NCBI GenBank assembly: GCA_030141605.1
Contig: JAQGDQ010000006.1
Span: 1,054,001 to 1,118,000, forward strand
Length of the DNA: 64,000 nt
Reading direction: 5' to 3'
DNA from: Tubiluchus corallicola
Lineage: Eukaryota; Animalia; Priapulida
Shown: one piece after another, positions 55,649 to 64,000 of the stretch
How positions within the stretch are numbered: the stretch's first letter is position 1
How the letters are laid out: every line of letters begins with the position of its first letter
Program-made: the position numbers and the translations under genes
Notes under the pieces: model-generated
The model's input: the letters and a program-made list of their open reading frames with translations, nothing else
Databases searched by the model: none
What the model was told of the DNA's origin: nothing

Positions 55649-56984
55649 TATGTCAGGTGGCGCAAAAAATGTGCCGAAGTTTTGATCAAAATATGACAAT
55701 AAGAAAATCACAGAATCAATTGAAAATTGCCAAACCGTTGTACTTTACAACGCTTATGTATAAACACCAAAAAAAGAAGAAAAGGGAGTTTTAAAGTATG
55801 GTCTAATAACTTTAAATATAATGTTATATTATTTAGCATTATGTTTACCTGGTTGAGAAACTTATGCAACTAGAAAAAAATTCTTAGCCATTTAAAAATA
55901 TTCGCGCTAACAGGTAAAATGTCACTAGCTCACCTTCGACTTCCCAGTGTGCACCACTGACTCACCAAAACACGAATGTTTAATCTTATTGACGCCAAAA
56001 AAAGAAGAAAAGGCAGTTTTAAAGTATAGTCTAAAAACTTTAAATATAATGTTATATTATTAATTCAACAACATTGAGACGCCACAAATAAATAACGAAG
56101 GTAACAACTGTTTGCGCCAGTTAACAGTTAACAGTCGGCCAATACAGGTAGTCGTGAGATTCGAGCGGGGGCTTTAAGCAGAGGAGCACCCACAGTCCGT
56201 TACCTTAACCCCTCGGCCACCTGCACCGTCATCGCGGAGTTTAAATTTTCAAGTTTTGTGAAGAGTTGCTGCTAATAAAGCTAGGTGTAAGTGATACAAA
56301 ATTTCAAGACGATTTTTTTAGCTTTATGCAAGTAAAGGGTTTGCTTGTGTTTTAAGTCATTCTCTCAGATTTTTTCAAAAATACAGAAGTTTTAAAACAA
56401 CAAGTCAAAAAAAATAAAATGCCGGAAGAAATTTTGTGAGTCACTATTGTCAATATTGCTAAAATTTACAGCAAGAGTACTATGTTTGCACCATTTTCAC
56501 TGCAAACTAGACGAAAGCGTTTCCTCCAACAGCTGACCCAGTTTCTCACTTCTTTAAAAGGAGTACTTGGTTCAGGCACTCAGTAATTTTTGTCTTTAGT
56601 TCTGCATCAAACACTTTGTGCGGCTATATCAAGTCCCATTTTTTTCTTGCCAACAAATCCTCCCTAGACAGTTTTTTTTGATGGCCAGGATGTAAACTTG
56701 TTGATTCTTTTATAGTTTTGCTCCATGTACTGAGTGCTTAAATAAAACAATGAACGTGGCTTTTTTTCAGCAGATGACTAGCTGACATTGTTCCAGCATT
56801 AATTTTTTAACATGCAATAGTTTTTCGGGTATAAGCTAACATTAAAATTATAAACCTGAAACTTTCATAGGCAAAAGTTAAGGTACTGTAATAGCATGGT
56901 GTGAAATTTCTACTTTCTATAGCACTCGCTTTTATATTATTGTGCTCTAAACTTTGGCACATTTTTTCTGTGCCACCCAATATA
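55649..56984. mobile_element. MITE family copy 2 with imperfect TIRs, interrupted by an internal insertion/duplication
   Basis: Left end (ta)tgtcaggtggcgcaaaaaatgtgccgaagttt resembles the reverse complement of the right end aaactttggcacattttttctgtgccacccaa(ta). About 590 bp between ~55775 and ~56360 are absent from copy 1. Confidence 0.7.
56148..56227 (-). pseudogene. tRNA-derived sequence (Ser/Leu-like; pseudo-tRNA or SINE head)
   Basis: Minus strand GGTGCAGGTGGCCGAGGGGTTAAGGTAACGGACTGTGG..GCTCGAATCTCACGACTAC has an A-box (TGGCCGAGNGG), a B-box-like CTCGAATC and a tRNA-Ser-like 3' end. The anticodon and acceptor stems do not pair well. Confidence 0.6.
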
Positions 56985-58249
56985 TGCATATCACAGTTGG
57001 ACAAAAAAGTTACTAAGTACTAGTCAATTTATACAGGTACTTCAAAGCATTTATTACAACTTTTATTGAAGAACTTTTATTTATGAATGTTTAAAAAACA
57101 TGTCCAGACGTTTAGTAAATACTTTTAAAAATGATCAAAAATTCGCTTGTTTATTCTCCTATGGTCTTAATATGCGCACTTGTGTCTATGCATAAACGAA
57201 AGGAAGCCATTTAGAGTCAGTGCCTTAAAATATCGGCGTATGACGCAGGTTATAATGGTATGATCATTACTTTCCCAATGATGCAGTGACATTTCTGATG
57301 CTTCACTAATAAGCACATATATGCATTCATTGCTGTGCGACTCTCACTGCTGTTAATTTCACGCACTGGGTTAACGAACTTGAGCAACTGATCGATCAGA
57401 AATATCGATTGGCCAGGACCGAGCTACTCTCAGTGCCATTGTCCACGTTACAATATACACATAACCTGGACAGTGGCGCTCTAAATCAATAAGATAAATA
57501 AGTATAGATCGATCATCACCATCGCCTGGCGAACGTAAATCATGAAATGACAGACTGCGCATGAAGCAAGACCTATTTTAATAGTGCCTTTTTCCTACAT
57601 GAAACCTTTGTTTAGAATTTTATTATAGTGCAATATTATAATAAATTATTATACAATATAAAATTATATGTTACGTGGAGAATCCTATATCACAAGACAG
57701 CGATGTAGCTGGTCAGGGCAGCGTTGTTTTTCATTTAACATTTCAAACAACAAATTTTACATTTCGTTTGACAACACTCATTTAAACAATTAGTGATGAA
57801 CCGATAAGATCTGTACTGAAAAACAAACAAAATTAATTGACGACGAATGATGATCGATGAGCTTTTCAATTGGATGGCAAAATAATAACTAGATGGTTTC
57901 AGTCACAATACTTTGAGATACCCACCAGTTTCAAGTAAGCTGAAAATACCCTAAAACTGACCAAGGGCATAAAACTTTCATAAAACATTTAATGTTCATA
58001 AAATCGCAGCTGACGACATAAGCTACCCTTACTACAGGTGAAAGAGAAGTACGCTGGGAGTCTAAAACAATCTCCACAACAATTTCCTTGAAATAATCCT
58101 TCTAAAATCCGACGTAATAGGTATATAACATAGCATAGTTTGATAAAAAAAGCAGATACGTGCTACATCCATGCAACTACATAATAGCTCTGTCGTCTGT
58201 CTTGCCTTGTCTTGTCTATGATCAAGCACAGTGCGCGGCCTTTTTAACT

Positions 58250-58281
<32 letters not shown>
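58250..58281. repeat. (CATA)/(TA)n microsatellite
   Basis: Direct reading. Confidence 0.9.
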
Positions 58282-58363
58282 GCTTAAATTGCATTTTTAC
58301 TAACTGTTGTCAACTGAATTTATTAAACATAGCTTATGAAGTATACATACGACCCATAAAGCC

Positions 58364-59383
58364 AAACCACATACACCCCTACACTACCTGTAATTAATTT
58401 TAAGCGCATGGCTTCAGGTTCATTCTAATAACTTGGCAGAACACAAAAACATTCACATACATTGAATATGCTAATGGTGCAGTATAAAAATGCAACATAA
58501 CATGAGATTGAAAATACGGATATCACTGTCATTAAAACAAAATTACATGCAAACAAGTCAAATAATTCGTTCCCACGGTTACTAATAGTGTATGCATGAA
58601 CAGTTTTAAGCAAAATATCGCACGGTAGAAAAATCCTTATTGTAATATCCTGCTATGTTAGTAGCGACTAGGCGCCATTATCAATAATTTATCATATCTA
58701 ATGATTAACCGGAAATACGGCTTATTTCATGGCAAACAAAGAAGTGAACACAATCCTACAATGGAATTTACCAATTTTATAATCCATTAAGCTTCTCAAT
58801 TTCAGCTTTCAGTTGTTGGTTTTCGTGTGCGCTTATGCTAGTTTTCATTAGTTAGAGTTTTCTAGCACAATGAAACCACATACACCCCTACACTACCTGT
58901 AATTAATTTTAAGCGCATGGCTTCAGGTTCATTCTAATAACTTGGCAGAACACAAAAACATTCACATACATTGAATATGCTAATGGTGCAGTATAAAAAT
59001 GCAACATAACATGAGATTGAAAATACGGATATCACTGTCATTAAAACAAAATTACATGCAAACAAGTCAAATAATTCGTTCCCACGGTTACTAATAGTGT
59101 ATGCATGAACAGTTTTAAGCAAAATATCGCACGGTAGAAAAATCCTTATTGTAATATCCTGCTATGTTAGTAGCGACTAGGCGCCATTATCAATAATTTA
59201 TCATATCTAATGATTAACCGGAAATACGGCTTATTTCATGGCAAACAAAGAAGTGAACACAATCCTACAATGGAATTTACCAATTTTATAATCCATTAAG
59301 CTTCTCAATTTCAGCTTTCAGTTGTTGGTTTTCGTGTGCGCTTATGCTAGTTTTCATTAGTTAGAGTTTTCTAGCACAATGAA
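58364..59383. repeat. Perfect 509-bp tandem duplication (58364-58872 / 58873-59381)
   Basis: Both units begin aaaccacatacacccctacactacc and end tagcacaatg; the ORF track gives identical 62-aa ORFs 509 bp apart. Confidence 0.97.
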
Positions 59384-61183
59384 TTAAACTAGGAAAAAGC
59401 TTTTTGGGAAATTTTGAGCCATCAACAACACCCCGTGTCATCAAGCTAATATAACGTTGCAGAGAATACTGCAAAATATTTGAATACGAATAAACACAGA
59501 TAATTAATCTCTCTATTCTACGCTTCATTTACTATTAGTGAAAGGTGGTCATTATTTATTAATGTCGGGATGAATGGCCTTTATGTAAAGTACCATATGT
59601 GTCACTAGGTAACACACTGTTCTGGCCTTACAGGGACATTAGATGTTAACTGGAAAAGGATACGAGGGACTGAAGTGTGTTTGCATGTTCTGGGCGAATG
59701 GTGGATACACTGCACTTTGCACTACATGTAGCAATTTTTCTTTGGAAAAATTAATCTAGAGACATTCGATGAGGAAGTACCACTGCAAACCATTGCAAAA
59801 TTTAGATCTTTTTCCCCTTTGTCTTAAGCAAATAACAATTGTTTCACTTATTATGTTTAAGATGAATAACTGAAAAAACGAAATGTGTAGGGCAAAAGCT
59901 AGAGGGGTAGAAAGAGGAATGAGAAACAGAGGGGGTGGGGAAGGAGAAGTTATGAAGTTCCAAGTTACTAAATTACAATTCAGTGATAACGAAGGTACAA
60001 CATTTGTGGGCGCAGTGACATCAACCATACACAATTTGCAAGTCTCAGTCAATTCATCTACGAATCTGTAGTAGCAGCTGGCGCTAATTTATTCAACACA
60101 GAATACTGTACATATGGGTCGGAAATCTAACTAGAACAACAAAACTAGAAACCTCCAAAGATTCATTAAAACGAGCATAATTTCAGAACAACTCGACCCG
60201 ACATCGCAAGAATGTAGGGCGTATCAATGCGCGCCAGCAAAGAGCGAGCAAATATCAATGATAACCTATCTAAGTTTACGCACGTAATAATAATCACATG
60301 GCGTAATCGGTGCGTAAAATTTATGTGTAGGTCAATAAAAAAGGCTAAGCATATAATATTTACATAGATAAAGTCATACATGTAATAATATGACTGTTCT
60401 AGGTTGTGTATAAAAACACTTGCACACTTCCCCATCTTTAACCCATTTCACTGTTGCTCGATGCTTCATGAAGTTATTTTTCAACAAGTTCATAAAATGC
60501 AAAAATAAATATACTGAGTATCTATTGAAAAGGTAAGAATTGTCCCCGTGGTCTGTGCTGCATGTTGAACACGATATTTAAGTTTAAATTCTCCATACAA
60601 ACTGAATTCTAGGTTAAACTATACGTGATCTAAAAGTACCGGAAAAACCATATCGTACTGCAGGTCATGAACTTCTGCCCCAAAACTTCATAAAAATATT
60701 TTTGTATGAAGTTCATATCATAGAGTAATGAACTGTACAAGGACGAAGAATTTTCTGCATTGGGGAGTAATAGAAAGATATATAACGAACTCGTTTATCT
60801 GTGTCATTAAAATAGATGACATATGCAGCGATATGGCATATTTGCTCAACCTACCTGTAAATACGCTGTAATCAGCATGGCCTGACACCAGTCATATGGG
60901 TTGATGGCCGTCCTTGAATAGTTCAGTGAGACTATAGATGATTATTTTGAAGAGTGAGTGAAATATTTACGCCAGATCGCGAGATGTTGACTAGCACGGA
61001 TGCAAATAAATTAATATTGATTAACTTTCAGTTATAATAAATAATGTGTTTTCAGTTTGATGTGTAGGAATTCGACACAATTTCAAGTCTTAGTTAAAAC
61101 TAATGGCAGGTTCATGCCTAGCAATGGCAATGCGTCAAGGCGACGTTCATGTCTGGAAAGCAGTAAAAGTAAAAGTGGTAAAA

Positions 61184-61249
61184 ATAAAAATACACAATAG
61201 CTAATATATATTAACGTTACCTAAAGTATTAGCTATTGTGTATTTTTAT
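61184..61249. repeat. Perfect 23-bp inverted repeat with 20-nt loop (hairpin)
   Basis: ataaaaatacacaatagctaata (61184-61206) / tattagctattgtgtatttttat (61227-61249). Confidence 0.92.
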
Positions 61250-61320
61250 AATATATATTGGCAGTGGTCTAATATTGGCATGTTTATGGTCTAATATTAT
61301 TATTATTATATAATAATATC

Positions 61321-61345
61321 TATATATATATATATATATATATAT
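61321..61345. repeat. (TA)n microsatellite
   Basis: Direct reading. Confidence 0.9.
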
Positions 61346-64000
61346 TTCCTGTCACTGAGATATGTATTACAAATATGCGGTTGGCTGCGACAATAAGAAG
61401 CACAACCATACCAAGAAATAAAAAAGTAAATTTTGTAACTTTATGTTTATGGTCTAACGGCGATCAAGGAGCATTCAGACAATTAATCTATATAATTTTC
61501 GTCATTACCACAATGTAACTGCATATTTTATTGACCTCATTGCTTTGATGTGCATTTGAATAACCTTAAGAAGCATACTTAACAGACACGAGTGCCGGAT
61601 TCCCGGATGCAACAATATTAGCAATGCGGCAAAGCTGTACAGGTCTACCCGACAACATTTACTCTAGAAAATTCTCACACACTAGTCACTAATCACTCTC
61701 CCAGTTACGCAGCAGATCAACTCCTGTTTAACTTTTGCACACGCCACCTGATGGCTGATGCAGCAGCTGCATCCTCGCTTCTTCAATCGCCTGTATATTT
61801 CAATTAGACCAAGAAGACTAGTCTGGCACGTATTTGCAGAAAAAGTTAAGCTCCATAATCGAATCCCGGTGGTAAATTCCAATGCAAATTTATTAAGAGA
61901 AGATGAAGCCACCTTAGCGGTAAGATCAATATGGATGTCATTACCGCTAAGCTTTAACATTTTTAAGCAAGTGAATCAGCTTTTAACGTGTGTAGCTGCA
62001 GTAGATTTTTTTCAACCTGCAATAATGATTTTAAAATTTTGTAATTTATTATATGGTTTGGCAAGCACTTGTTGTTTTTCACACAATTGTTTCTAGCAAT
62101 GCAGTGTTCCCGGCTTGCTGGAATCAGCAAGCCAAAGCAAACGAAAAGCTTATAGAGAAACATGACTTACAGCCATACGGTACCTAGGATCGTTTCTGAT
62201 CGCCACATTTCAAGTGTTTCTTTTCTATGCCAACAACGGCAGAAAACCCGGCAAGACAAATGATTAAAATTTAATGATAACTGGCTTGCAAAACCAGAAA
62301 AAAAACAAATAAGGAAGCTTTATTTATTTAACAAAATTGAATGCAGAATTTCGTGTAAACTTTTATATTGGTTATAAAGTATGCGTCCTGTATTTACTCA
62401 CTGAATCCTGTGTTGTGACGTAGCCGCATACGGTGAGTTTTTATATAGAATGTTAGCAAAAAACAAAATTCTTAACATGTTCAAGGATAAGTTTGGTCAA
62501 GCAAAACAGTCTGGACTTAGCAACACTGACACTTTGCACAACATGTCCGCTTTCAAATGAGTTCGTCTGAATCACATTTCCAAACATTTTCATGTAAACT
62601 ATGCTGCTGGTGGCTTCCCGCCTGAAACCACTGCTTAACCAGCAAGCAGCAAGTAATTACGTTCAACCCAGAAAGCGAGAAGGTAGAGGAAAAATTCAAG
62701 CCTCAACTAAATTAGAAGCCGACAAGAGTAAAAATGTCAGTCAACCATAACATTGTGGAAAGCGCGAAACCTAATCTTGTAGCAAGCAATACGCTTGAGG
62801 TGGATACCACATGGACGACTTTAGTCTGGTGCAGTGATTTTCGGACTTCTGAGATTGAACTGAATACACATTGAAGCATATAAGCAACCCTGCCGTGCGT
62901 GTCGTACGACCAAAGCACACTTCGAACAGTCATTCCATTCTTGCCAGCAAGAACAAAAAAATGACTGTTAGAATATACTTTCTTTTTACGCAAAGTGAAG
63001 ATCAGTTTTCCAGAACTAGTTATTCATCACCTAGTGCAGCAATCTACGGCAAGCACCTCAAGCTTGTAAGTGGTATAAAATTAACACTAGCTCTTAGATC
63101 TAGGAAATGCTTGCCTTGAAGTAATCTCCACTTTTGACGTCGCACGTATTTTGAGAATGTCCTGAAAAGCTTGCTATAAGGATGATGTCTTTCTAAGCAC
63201 GCTTGAAAGCCATATTAGTTGCTGAGCATATTATTCATTATTTTTGCTTAGATGCTGGGCGGCTTATTTGGGGCAAATAGCCCGAAAAAGAAATCGGCAG
63301 ACTCGTTTTAATGTCTGGCGTGAAACCGTCTGTTCGCATAATTAAAATGCGCATGCGCGCAAAAAATTCTTCATTCTGAAACTGGAAGCAAAACCTCGTT
63401 AATAAGTGCATATAGAATGACACGGCGCAGTGTGCGAGTACCACCATGTACCTGATGACGATGGTGGAGCCAGACCTAGTCAATCGATCTTGCATGGCTT
63501 CTCGGCTTCATCAGAGCAAGTCTCTGCTGATTACGTTCACTTTATATATAAAGCAGTTCGCTTGACCTTGCTAATCAAACATAATGATGGATGTATGCGT
63601 GAAAGTGCATTGCACACAGACCTAGCAATTATCACTATCTATGATTACCTGCTGCATCGAAATAGGGTCACGTACTCGTCAACAATAAACAAACGTAGAT
63701 AAAACCTGGCCGAGTATGCAAATGAACTTTCGCCAAAATACATAATAAATCCAACGTGTTACAGACTGCAAACATTAGTCTATATGTGTGCAAGGATCGA
63801 CTTCGTCTGACAGCCATTTATTAGGCTAGGCAACACATGCTGATTTCAAAATAAGAAAGACCTGTTAACCTTGCCAAAAGTCTTAATCCAAAGGTTACTA
63901 GACGTGTTAAAGAAATAGAGGTTAACAGTACAAAATGATTAATATCTTGCTTTTAACTATAATATTATAATGCTGCATAATGACCAGCATTTTCATATAT

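Noticed and set aside
56148-56227. Functional tRNA gene
   Set aside because: A and B boxes are present, but the acceptor and anticodon stems do not pair.
58425-59122. Two identical 62-aa ORFs as a duplicated small gene
   Set aside because: Non-ATG start, no homology signal; a by-product of the tandem duplication.
61682-63702. Group of 66-112 aa ORFs near the right end
   Set aside because: No recognisable domains or consistent exon structure; mostly non-ATG starts.

Overview
AT-rich eukaryotic (invertebrate animal, probably protostome) genomic DNA with two intron-containing genes on the minus strand. (1) A complete NR1H nuclear receptor of the ecdysone-receptor (EcR) type. I assembled seven coding exons by hand (39554-39440, 32893-32711, 28817-28677, 28506-28262, 27700-27542, 27274-27052, 25667-25426). 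All introns are GT-AG with matching phases, giving 1308 nt and 435 aa. The gene probably has a ~3.2 kb 3' UTR and a long, CpG-richer upstream/intronic region extending to the window end. (2) The first large coding exon of an adenylyl cyclase of the AC5/6 type (5783-4956), which continues off the left edge. The rest is introns and intergenic DNA with transposon remnants: a near-intact PHD-APE-RT CR1/L2-type LINE, decayed RTE and CR1/L2 fragments, a hAT-type MITE, a two-copy Tc1/mariner-like MITE family, a tRNA-derived SINE head, a perfect 509-bp tandem duplication and microsatellites. The most interesting signal is the receptor itself. Its DBD and gene structure are EcR-like, but helix 11 carries the LXR/FXR-type His (in place of the arthropod EcR Asn) and several pocket residues differ from arthropod EcR, suggesting a non-ecdysteroid ligand. 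Also notable are an in-frame uORF, a tandem splice acceptor in the hinge, a K-box (miR-2 family) cluster in the 3' UTR and candidate EcRE-like elements. Most short ORFs in the track are not supported as genes.
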